Program-made: the position numbers and the translations under genes
Source of the DNA: Zygnema circumcarinatum SAG 698-1b
Taxonomy: Eukaryota; Plantae; Zygnematophyceae
Length of the DNA: 64,000 bases
Assembly (NCBI GenBank): GCA_037447605.1
Contig: CM074814.1
Span: forward strand, 1,922,001-1,986,000
Direction of reading: 5' to 3'
Part shown: in pieces, positions 1-12,300 of the stretch
How the letters are laid out: every line of letters starts with the position of its first letter
Numbering within the stretch: position 1 is the first letter of the stretch
The notes under the pieces: model-generated
Databases searched by the model: none
Seen by the model: the letters and a program-made list of their open reading frames with translations, nothing else
What the model was told of the DNA's origin: nothing

Positions 1-386
1 AGAGATCCATGTCACTCCACTTTACAGTGAGCAACGAGTGTTGAATGTTTGATGTTTCCTCCTGGTTCATGCGTCACGGCCAGGCCCAGGGGTCATGACC
101 CCGTGGGCACAGCCGTATGCTAAAGCGTGTCTCGTGCAACCATCATGCCCGCATGGCTGCATGATGGCTATGGATGCATGATGGCTATGGATCCATGATG
201 ACGATTCGGGACATGGGCGCGTGCGTGGCAGAATGGGCATGCGGGCGCCTGTCATTTGCCAAAACGAGCTGAACGGGAGGGAGAGCCGCTCCCGCTCGCG
301 CCTGTTGCGACGGTTGCGCGCCCCGCCTCTGAGAAGGCCCGCAGGGAGTGAGGGAGGGAGGGAGGGAGGGAGAGAGGGAGGGAGCC

Positions 387-3300
387 ATGGAGTGGGTGGC
401 ACGGCAGCATTTGGACATCCACCTCCATGCGCAGTGCGCAGCTTTCCACCCTCGCCATCCTCTCTTTGCCGTCGCACTGCGCTCCTCCATTGTCGGTGAG
501 GCCTCTTGCACCGCCCTCTCTTGTAGCGCTGAGAGCGACACGCGAAACAGACAGTTGATTTGCGCTGTGGACATACATTCATTGGAAACTTTGGATTGGC
601 ATCTCAAACTTCTGAGTAAAGCTCATCAGCACTCATTAGGAAGGCACATCGGTATCGGGGAAGCCAACAATGAAGCACTACGAAGCATAAAAAATGGAAA
701 GAAAACAAAATATCTAGCAAGCCGGAGAAGGCTGTTTAATGAGCATGCGCGTTTTACGTCGTTGAGGCAGTTGTTCATTTCACGACTACAGGCAAACAGA
801 AAAATTCCTTTGCAAAGATGCACATTCCTGCAGTTCATTCAAGCGTTGACAATACATCCATAATTTTGAGAGGATCATTAGCTTTGTCACACTTGAAGTT
901 GCAAACGAGAAACGCCAGTTGTTGTTTTTATAAATGTTTGATCCCCATCACTGAAGCCAACAGTCTAGGTTAGTTTTGTTTGTTTAATAACATGTTATAT
1001 ATGCATTCCTCTTAGTGCTACTCAAATTTCTATGATGGATGAATGTCAGCTCCATGCTCACTGCTCGTGCCTGTTCACGATTTGCCATTTTTTCATCAGT
1101 ATTTTTAGCGACCTTTTCATTAAGACTTGCACCACCGGAACATGTTCACGTTCACTTTCACGTGTCGTCATGCTCAAAGTCTTGAGACGAAGTTGGCCGT
1201 TTGAAAAACCTGATGGAAAGCTGACATACGGTGAAGTGATCAGAAATATTAAAATGTAAGGCTGATTGCATGCATTTTGAAATCCTCCAGATTGAAGTAA
1301 TATGCAACCTTTGGAGGTTTTGCGAGGCCGAGCCTTGGAATGCGCCACATGATTGAAGCATGTTTCGTACTTGGATTGTGTTGAATCAGATAATTTCAGC
1401 TGTGCAAACTCCTCATCGTCATGGGTTGTTTTTCCTGCTTGCTCTCAAAGTGCATATTTTCTTCACATCACTGATGGTGGGTAATAGCCTATTCTGGGGT
1501 TGAAAATTCCGACTGACTCTGGAGCTGTATATGATGTTAGTGGGTTTGAGAATTTTCTTCCGATCGAAGGCATTTAGGGAGTTGCGTGGCACACTCCAAA
1601 TGGCACACTCCACTTAACTGTGACATAGAGAATTGATTGGCATGAACGGAAAACTTCTGCTTGTGAGAGAGTGATGGACTTTCGCTCCATGTTTCAAGTG
1701 CGAATGCGGATGTTTACACGCCCTAACAAATGTCGTTTTAATGCAGAATATGACATTCTCACTGGATGTAAGCTCTCGAGCGTGGACATGGGTGGCCTGG
1801 TCATTCGGATGGCGTACAGTCCTGCCGGAGGACACGTCATTGTGGCCGTGCTTGAGGTCAGTCCGCTTGTCGTCAATATTAAGAAAGACCTCTGTCTGTC
1901 AGTTAAGTTAGTTGGGAAAATGCGAACCTCGAGTCTGGTTGAGCTTGAAGAACAAAGTAAAGCAAATAATTTCAATTGGGCCACTTAATCTCATTCGCCT
2001 TAACATTATGTACCTTGACTTGTTCACTCGAACAGGACCTTACCATCCGATCATGGGACCTTGACACAGAGCACACATATATTCTCTACTCACCCCCTGA
2101 TATCAGGAAAGCAGACAGGCCTGCGGAAGTGCACATTGCACTGACTCCTCTCCGCCGATGGCTCTTCTTCGCAGCACATCGCCGTTCCGTTGTGAACGGT
2201 GAGACTTTTCATGATTTGGGCTGTCACACAGCTGAGACTCTCTTTCTCCAGTACTAGAATGTTTTGCTACCTCTGGTCTCAACCGTGGCCGTTTGATGCA
2301 AAGCGCTACGTGGAATCCTTTGAATCGATGCCACTGTTCGATTGGATCTGCAACAAGCTTCATCCTGTCAAGGCTCTCTTAGTGTTTCTGAAGTTGCTTT
2401 CGCTTCAGGAAGGCGAAGCTGTTAAGTGTAGAGTAGCCGATAACTAACGACTCGAGTTGTTACTAATTCCTGCACTCATGTCTGCTCTGTGTCAGTGGTG
2501 GGGACTGTGGAGGGATTACGGCCTGCAATGAAGCTAAAGACCGATTTGAAGAAACCAATAACAGGGCTGGCTTGCCATCCCCGACAAGCAATTTTGGTGA
2601 GCTAAGGCATCAGGTCCAAAGAGCTGAAGATGGCTTCCTTTACTGCAAGTCGTCATCTTTCAGAGAAAAGTTGGCGATTATTGGTTAGGTGCGAGCATAG
2701 GGGAGATGCGTGCATGGCAGACCTGCCTTTTTTTTTTTTCAAAAGGAGAACTCAATGTTTTCTCCTTTTGCATGGGGAAGATGACACTGGCAATCCGACG
2801 CTGATATGGTGCCTATGATGGTGACAGTATGTGGCCTATGCTGATGGTATCATTCGCGGACACAGTTTGGAGTCCTTTGCAGTGGTTTACGTGCTTGCAG
2901 GTGAGAACACCTCGTTTATGACTAATGACTATATGTGATCCTTGCAGCGTTAACTGCTGGTTGTGATTGCCTGTGATTCACTGGATCCACATACTCATGC
3001 CCAAAAAGACAGCTGTTATGTGACCTTCTCATTGCTCACGACCCGTGGACTTGTCACGTGGAGGCATGCTGCACAGTAAAAGACTCTAAGATCCCTAAAA
3101 CCCCCTCCCACTTCCCCTTCCCCTTCCCCTCCCCCTCCCGCAGTGGAGGACATTTCTGTGAAGCTTGCTGGAGCAGGAGCCATCGCTTTCCACCCCACCC
3201 TGCTGCTCATGTTTGTGGGCGACCGAACCGGGAGCCTTATCGCATGGGATGTGTCCGTACCGACGCGGCCGGCCCTTGTTGGCTTGTGAGTGTGCTGCTC

Positions 3301-6300
3301 TCACTCTTGCCTAGTTCTTCTCATGCCTTGGACTTATGATTCTTGCGCTGCCTTTTGATGGATTATTCTGATTTTCCTCTCAATGGTTCCTTTAGACTGG
3401 CCATATCCAATGCATGGTTCACGTTCCTGGTCCCAGTTTGGATTCACAAGCAAGAACCAAAGCTTCAGTTGGATCTGTCCTGTAGTGAAACTACATGTAG
3501 TCTTGCTTTTCCATTGTCTGCTTCTTGGACAACCTCCTTTGAGGAGGTATGACGATCCCCTGTTTGTTACGAACCCTTTTACTAGTTCCCTACATGTTGG
3601 GTCGTTCCTAGATAATTCATTGCCTTAATCCTTGTCGTGAAGACATTGACTCAGGCTTTATAATCAAGCCAATGTCACAGCGTATATTCATACGAATCTT
3701 GCCTTCCTAGGCGTACACTCCTCCCTCCTCTTCCTCCCCCTCCTCCCCCTCCTCCCCCTCCTNNNNNNNNNNCCCTCCTCCCCCTCCTCCTCCTCCCTTA
3801 GCGCGCCCTTGTTCTCATGTTGGGGCGCAGTCGGTCCATCTCGAGCGAGGCCATCACGGCGGTGCAGTGGCACGCGAGCCTGCAGGTCCTGCTCACGCTC
3901 TCCCGTGCGGGCGCGGTCCAAGGATGGCGCGCGCGCGTGCACCAGAACGCGGCCTACGAGGGGGCCGGAACGCACTTCTTCGAGCAAGCAGGTGACTGGC
4001 CACTCAGCTCCCTTTCCCCTTATTTCATGTGAAACGTTTTGGGATCTCAGGCTTTTGGTACTCTAGCTAAGTGGGGACCAACCAAGGAAGCGAGACTAGG
4101 AAGAGTTTCACACATGTCGGAACATTAGATTATTGGAATGGGTGTGAACCAGCGATGGGCGGAGCAGCCAACCATTGGCAATGGCTGGAACCATTGAATT
4201 CAATGGTCGCGAACCATTGGAATGGTTTGAACCATTTGACTTAAGGCCCAGCCAACCATTGCCAATGGTGTGAACTATTGGATTCCATTGTTGCCAACCA
4301 TTGCCAACGGTTCCTATCACAGGCGTAGGACCTGGTCAACCATTGCCATGGTCGCAACCATTCCAATAGTTTCGAAACAATAGATAGCCAACCATTGCCC
4401 AACAATTGTTGGCCAATGGTTGCTGTGAAGTGTTGAACCGTCTTGGTGCATTCTTGTTGGGATGGGAGAGGGCGTACGATTCTGGAAAGTTTCGATGTTT
4501 TAATGGAAGGTCTGATCGAATCCGATTGTTGCGTGTACCCTCTACAGTTGGCCACATTTTTTAAGGGTGGAATCTTCTTTGGAGGGGTGCAGATTTGGAG
4601 CAGCTCGATGTAGCACGCATCCTGAGCAGGGACATGAACCGACGTGTTGGCTCCACACAACGAATTAAGGACTTCCTTTTGCATCCGCGACTCAATGTTG
4701 CCACATTGCTCTTTGCGGTATGGGCAACATGGAACTTCACAAAGATCACCAACCTGCACTTTTTACTAGCCCTGTTTAGCCAGTCAGGTCCAGATAGCAC
4801 CCGCCGACAGGATGTCTCACGTGGCTCGTCGCGGCTGACAGATTCCAGTGTGTGCTCGGATTGGTTGTATTGTGTGATGCAGAAAAATTCGCAGACTGAG
4901 GAGGAAAGCGGGGCAGAGAACGGCAGCTTGAGCTATGAGAGCCGCAAGATGTTGACGGCAGTGCTACAGGCGGCGAGGGGCTCAGCGGGTGAGGACAGGG
5001 GAAAGCAATGCATTCTCTTTGAGCGGGTGAAAATGCCTCTCAAGGGAGAGGGGAGGGTGGTAAGCGCGGTAAGCGGTAAGGTTAGCTTATAGGTTTGAAG
5101 TTGGAGGTTTCGAGGGTTTTTCGAGGGTACATTTCGGTCTCTCAGTATTGCAAAGTCCACTGCCTGTGGACTTGCTCTCATGTCATGGGCTTCGGTCAGA
5201 AGGGGCTATTTTTAAATTCCATCGAGTTTGTTTTCTTGTATTCTCTATCGCCTCCACTCCCTCACATGTTTCTGTAGCATTTGATTTTTTCTTTCAATGA
5301 GCCCAACTGAACCAGCAACAATTGGACGAACCGCATGCACATGTACAAGCAGTTTTTCTCAGCACATGTGACCTGCAACAGATGAATTTTCTTAACAAAC
5401 TTGTTGGACAACCTTTCTATTCATTAGGGGTAAGGGGGGAACTTGAAACAGGCGCCTCTCAGAAGGAGAAATTGGCCAGCCTTGGCACTGCGGGACTGCT
5501 ATCTGAGCAGCAGCTTCAGCAGCAGCTCATCTTGCATCGCGGGCAGTCTAAGTACGTGATATCATATCTAAGTACAGAAGGCAAAGGTGATGTAGAGACT
5601 AAGCCCCAGTTCCAACTTTTAATCGAACATTTTTTTAATTCCCATCAACTACAGAATAATGATGAAGGGTGTGGATCTAGTCACTCTGAATAGGAACAAT
5701 GACTAGTTTGGGGAGAGGAGGACGGCTGTTGATTCAAGAACCTAATGTTCTTGGAGCTTTCATTTGTTTTCTTTAACTAAGTAGATATTGATTGTGGCAA
5801 GGTTTGCTTGCCTTATCTCAAGGGGAAAATCTTGGTCTTATTGTTTTTGCATTTCACAACAGAATAACTCAGCCAACTGCTATCGACTTTGCACGAAGGG
5901 CCTTTCTTTATGGGGTGAGAAACAGTTTTCTGAACCGAAGCCTTGTTATGGCATCCTCGACCCGAGCTTTTGTCCGAGCATATGGACAGTCCTGCTCTTT
6001 CCCAATGTTCACCCAAATGGTAGTTCACATACCTTGTCTTTGCACTTGTTCAGACCACAAAACAGTTCAAGGAGAGGGGAGAGGCTGTTCAGAGCCTGCC
6101 TTTGCTGGCCATTGCTGACCCCATCGAGCCCCTCCATGACCTGCCAGTGTGTGAGGTGAGGCCTCCTCTTCTCAACCTTCTGCATAGCCGAAAATTTGGT
6201 TTGTTAGTCATGTTAAGGCTGGCCTTTCAGCTCTACCCAAGGCCTTTCCTATCATTTCATCCTAACGGCTTAACGCGTCCGCCAAAGCATATAGGTCGTT

Positions 6301-9300
6301 AAAACCCAAGTCACAGATCCTGTCAGTTTGCAACTCTTGGTCTTATATAATGGGCCGATTGGCTGGAGGTTCTCAGCCCTTCCAAGCAGATCTCCGCTTC
6401 TTCAACTCCGAGCAAGGCATCTTTGACTACCCCTCCCGCATCATTCTCATGGATGGCTGCAACCTCCTAAGCTACACTCTCGCAGGGGCCGCCTCCCCTC
6501 TCACTCTCCTAAAGAAACTTCCACCCATAGTAAGTCACATTCCCATTCCGAGCCTATTTTCGGGCCGTGGGGCCTTAGATCGTGTTCTCCTTACTCAGTC
6601 GTGCTCCTTGTTAGTCCACTTATCTCAGATTCTCATGATTTTTTTTTGTCTGTTCTTGGTTTATTACTTCCTTTTCTTTGCAGACAAAGGCGGGTGCTCA
6701 GCGGATTCCCCGGCATATGGTTTATAGCAGCAAGCAACAAGCTTTTCTTATATTTTTCGACTGCAGGGGAGGACCAGGAGAGGTTATTGTATACCGCTAT
6801 CTTGACATCAACGAGCCTTATGGAGAAGGATTGAGCACCATGGCAGGTCAAAATCAGGCCAATTGAGAGCGATTACACTGCTCGAAAATGTGCATCTGAA
6901 GGCGGGCAATTGAACACGAATCAAATAGGGGAAAATTGCTGACAATGTGGGCTGAATTCTGTCTCCATTGTAGTGCAGGTCTCCTTGGAAGAGATGGGTG
7001 CTGGACGGGAAAGCATGAGAGCCAGTTTGCAGTATTGGAAGATGATGGGTACGGACTCTCCATTCACAATCTTGAGAATGCGAACGTTCCGGAAGTCCCG
7101 CCGGAAGAAAAGGTGGTCCCTAATGGGGTCACTCAACGGGACCCACTTGATGAAAACGACTTTGTCAACAAAAATATTTTCAATTATGGGCAGCAGTTCG
7201 ATGAGCAGACGGACGGCGGGGAGGACGACGACAAAGGGGGACCGGTACAGTTCATGTTTGACACGCCTGTCCAGCGCATATTCGGGACTCCCTTGGGTAA
7301 GAAACGCCATATGATAGGCTCAGCCGGATTAAACAAGAATACTACTGGTTAAGGCCTATTAGTGAGGCAATGTAATACTGCACCTTTGCACATGGATGTG
7401 GGAACTTTTTTTTATCTTGTCCTGCTTGGCACTAGGAAGTTTCTATATGTGCAATCTCTTGTTTATGCCAAGATCTTTCTATCGGAAAAGTTAGGACTAA
7501 GAAGGTGAAAGACCATTTTCCTTGTGCAAATAAATAAGTTACCACGATAGATCACATTTTTTTTGTTCCAGGCTTAAGAAGGGGAGTATGCAGCTGATGA
7601 TGTCAGTTCACAAGCAATCGCATGCAGCAGAGAGTAGTTACTCATGGACCAGTCCTAGCTCTCCTTCAATTAGTTTTTGATCCGTTCTCCCTCTTTCAAT
7701 TTACTCACTACCTGCTGCTGAACTTCTTGGACTTTGTTTCCATCCAATGCTCGCTCGCTCTCTTTTCTGGTCTGCTCGAGCAGCTCCCTGTCTCAATGAC
7801 CTTTTGACCTCTGATCAATGACCTCTTTTCCCTCTCTGTAAGTATTTGACAGTGACATCTGCTCTACTTCTGATCTACTTCCTTCCTTGATGGGTATATG
7901 TCCAGCTGGCACTCTCTTATACGTCTCTGCCGGCAGCCATATGGGTTTGGTGGAGGCTTACTCCAACGAGTACGGACGGCCCGGGGGTGACTTAGTGGAT
8001 GCGGGAGGGGCGGTGGTTTTGAACACAAAGAGGAGGGCGGGCAGACACGTGAAGCTGCAGCCGCTGGAGGTGGTGCTGCAGGTGGGTGAGACAGAGGCAG
8101 ATATATATACTCCCGTCAAGGGGTAAACCATGTCGGCATTGGGAAAATTTGCGGCTGCATTGTCTGCTTTGCAGCAATTGTAGGGCTGGGAGGGCGTGCT
8201 TTCATCGCTTGCCTTTCGTTGCCTTCTTTGCTGTTCGGAGCTGCTGTGCTGTGTTTGTGGTACATCTTGCTTTATGCCATTGCTCAGGAATTTCAGTCCT
8301 TTGGCCTGCTTGCCAACCAGGACCTGGTAGAAGTGAAAAATAACACTGTTGTGGCTTAATGAATAGCCGAGAAAAACAGGTTCTTTCAGGGTAGACGAGG
8401 AAGAAAAGTTCAAACTTTCTTGCCAAGCCAGATAGCCTTTGTTTTTTTTTTTTTTTGTGTATTCCCTTAGATTGCCATACTTGTCATATATGAGCTCAGA
8501 CTGTGGCCTTCCAAGAGCTGTGTGCAGGTCCGCTGGCAGGAGAAGCCCGATGGGGCAGTTGCCGGCGTTATGAGCACCCACCGAGTGATGATTGTGTCTG
8601 CTCGAATGGAGGTTTTAGCGAGCAGTGCGGCCACCTTAGACCAGGGCTATCCTCCCATATCCACTTAACGAGGAGACCCTGCTTCCTTTCTGCACTTTTT
8701 AGAGCGCGAAGGGGCTATTTCTATGATAGAAAGTCCCTCGTTTTCTGCAAATTGAAAGTGGGAATTGGGAAGCAGTGATAGGAAAGAGGGACTACGAGAT
8801 TCTTGCTGCCGATCATTGTCTGCTAGTGTGCTGTTCGCATCAGTTTGCTTCCGCCTTTTTCCTTGACAGACAATCTACTTCCGTTCAATTTTGTGGGTTG
8901 GCCCTTCCCTTTTCTTCTCGACAGCGACGGCGGTTGCCATGCTCGGCTGGGACAGCGTTGTACGGCCTCTCCTCACAATTGACAACTCAACTGCGGGTAC
9001 GACTTGCCCGCGTTTTCAAACCCCACCAGTTGGTGCCGCACTTTTTAATTCAGCCGCAAACGTAACTCCCTTCTTTTTATCCTGCTGTGCCTACTCGTTC
9101 ATCAAAATCCCCAAGTCCCGTGAGCAGAACACGTTCTCTCCTATTTGCAAACATCAGTGTGTGTCTCAACCCAAATCAATGCTCGTTATCGGATTGTGTC
9201 TATGCTAGGACCCCTTCCTTCCCTGATTGTTTACCATCATCAACGCATGCAGTGATTGTCGGTGTGTTGAACGATCGCGTTCTGTTGGCTCAGCGCTGCG

Positions 9301-12300
9301 AAGGGGGAGAGGGAGGGGGAGGGAGGGCTGCGGGAGTGGAGGTGCGAATGCGGCTGCTAGGGTTGCTCGAACCGCTCCTACTGGGATGGGTGACCCTCCT
9401 GCAGGCGCAGGGCCCCGATCCTGCCGTCGATCTCCACGAGATCACCTTTCAGCTCACTTCACGGTATAGCAGTGTTGACTCACAAGGGAGTGTTGGGACT
9501 TTCTGCCATGTGGGTTCACGTTTTCATGGTTTTTAGGTTTTTAAAAATTAGCAGGTAATGGTCATAAAGCATAACTCATGGGACCGCCCTCGTTCAACAA
9601 CCTGCAACCCATCTACGCTATAATCTCCCGGTCATGCGTGTGTTTTGATTGTGAAAAGACTTGTTTATTCTCACGCTCCTTGAGATTCATTGGTAAGAGA
9701 GAGTGAGGGGCTTTGGCGGGGCTCAGGTTTGATAGCCAAAGAACAACTCCACGTCTCGTGGAGACGCTCAGCCGTGGACCTCCCATCTGCAGTGATCTCG
9801 CAGTGGAGCTCGCCCAATCAGGGCCACAGTTCACACAGGTTCAAACTCATCCTTTTAAATGCCTTTTAATAGCAGCACATAGGTCTTGTAGAAGGTGGAC
9901 GATGCTGCAATCATATCATTTCTCTGCAGACAGCTTTTTGGACTCAAATAATATCGCTCTACTTGAGCTTATAAAGATGGCATTTTTGAAAAAGTGTTCG
10001 TCCTACTCTAGTGCTTTTGCCACACACCAAAGCTAACTGATTCTGGAGATTAGCATACGAGATGCAAAACCTGAAAGTATTGGCATTGTTGTGTGAGTGA
10101 AAGAATGGGCAGGGTAAGAGGTAATTTCTGAGGCATATTTTCCCTGCTGCTGGGCGGGCAGGAGCTCCGCTGTCTGTGCGCCATAAGAGCGCGCAAATTT
10201 GAAGTCGCTTTGCAAATTCTCAAGGACGAGTTTTCGCGCATGCCGGAATACCCGCGCTGTCCGCCCAATTCCCGCCTCTTCCTGCGATTCCGGGACTTGG
10301 GCAATGCCTGCATCAAGTAATGCTCTCAGACAATCCTTGAAAACTCTTACTTACTGCATTCGGTCTAGTTTACGAGGACTATCTCTTTGCTAGCCTCCCC
10401 ACATTTCGTGACTATAATAAGAGCATAGCGGCAATCTGCCATTGCGCAGCCATTTTGGAGGGCCACAATATGGAGAATTGTGGGAAACACGTTATAGAGG
10501 CCTGTCTGTCCTTTTTGCACAGTCTATACATAGCAAGGATAAGCTGATCTGCTATGCATGAGTTCTGGTCAACATTTGTGGCTTACATATTTGTATATGG
10601 TTTAGGTATGGCCAATTTGACAAAGCAAAGGAGGTCTTCAAGTCTATCAGCGACTCCGAGAGTCAGTTTGACCTTTTCCTCGCCCACATGAACCCCTCTG
10701 CTCTTCGACTTCTCTCTCAAACACTGGAGGAGAGTGGGGAAGACTCTGAACTTCGTCGTCAGTGTGAGCAAGTGCTGTTGGTTCGCTCCGCAGGTTGGAG
10801 CCAAGGAAGTGCGTTTATGGCCCTTGGGGGCGAGACTTTGGCTCCAAGGGGGGCAGAGTGGGGGGGGGGGAATTGGCCCTTAAAAACTGTCCCAGAGGAA
10901 AGCAAACCCTTTCCAAAATGGGAGCTTGCAGGCACAGAGATAACTGCATATATGAGAACGCCATCTGGTGCGATTCCGGTCATCACACCTGACAGTATTG
11001 GTGTGTACTTAGGCACAGAAAAGGGTAAGGGCACAGTGGTGGAGGTGCAGGGAGTGGACAGTAAGAAGTTTGGGACAGGATCGGCCGACGATCCATTTGG
11101 GTCTGGGAGGAAAGCCAAAAATTTGTCTCCGGAAGATGTGGATGCTGCTGCTGTTGCAGCCTTTTTGGGAGGGGCAGAGGGGGCAGGGCCGGGCAAAAGT
11201 AAGCTTCAGAGTATGGCGGATGAAGAGGCAGAGGATATTGAAGCAACAGAAGAGCAAAAACGGGCAGAAGCAGAGTTCAAACGGGGCATTGTGGCGACTG
11301 GAAGTGACAGCGACGACGATAACTCATCACCCGCATTGTCTGGAAAGTCAAAGTGGGCTCTACGTATACGTGAAAAGGTGAGTTTATCGAGCCTTCATCA
11401 TGCATAGGTGAAGATTTGCTTGAGCGATGCATAGATGACTGACAGCAATATATGAATGAGGTGAAGTCTGCGGGGCTGTCTTGAAGTACGCAAATCCCTC
11501 CCTTATCCTGCACCACTAATGGTAAAAATCGTCCACTGCTTGCAGACACCCTTGGATGGGGCAGTCCGCGACTCCATCGATGTGAAGAAGATAAAAGATA
11601 TCACAAGCAGCTTCAAGATCGGAGAGCTCCATAAGACAGGCTCAACCAAGGTCTCCTCCTCTGCTTCGAACACAGGAGCATTTCCTCCTATAACCGCACC
11701 ACTTCCCACTAGCAATACAGATGGCCCACCTGCCCTTTTTCCTCCTCCTGTCCCCTTTCAACCCATATGGGGTCCTTCGCCTGCAGAAATTTCTCAAAGC
11801 ACCCAAAGAGGGGGAGTTCCCAGCCAAGCTGTTGCTCTCGGATATGCTCAGCCTCAGTATCCCCCCGGAGCTGCTCGTCCTCCTCCCGACCCACGTCTCC
11901 CTCAGAGCGGCATTCCCTTAGGTGCTTCTCAGCCTGTCTACCCATATACAAGCCAAACCCCTGCCCAAGGATTTCCAACAGAATTGTCATACTCTGCAGG
12001 AGGGGCCCAAGTGCAAGGATCATCACCCTTCCCTCCATTATCAGCAGGCAGCCAAGTTTTTGGGGAAGGAGCATTTGTGGCTCAGCCAGGCAGTAGTAGC
12101 GGCCAAGTGGGCCCTGCTCCAACCCAACCTTCCCCTCCTACTACCACTCCCTCTACCAACCCACAGGCAGACCTGCAGCAGGGAGGGCTCCCCCCCCCAT
12201 ATCCCTCACAGACTCCTCTGCAGGCTCTGCACTCTCAAGATGCGGACCTGCAGGGAGGAGTCCCTCCCACAGGCCCTCCTTCAGAGCCCTCTCCCTCTCA

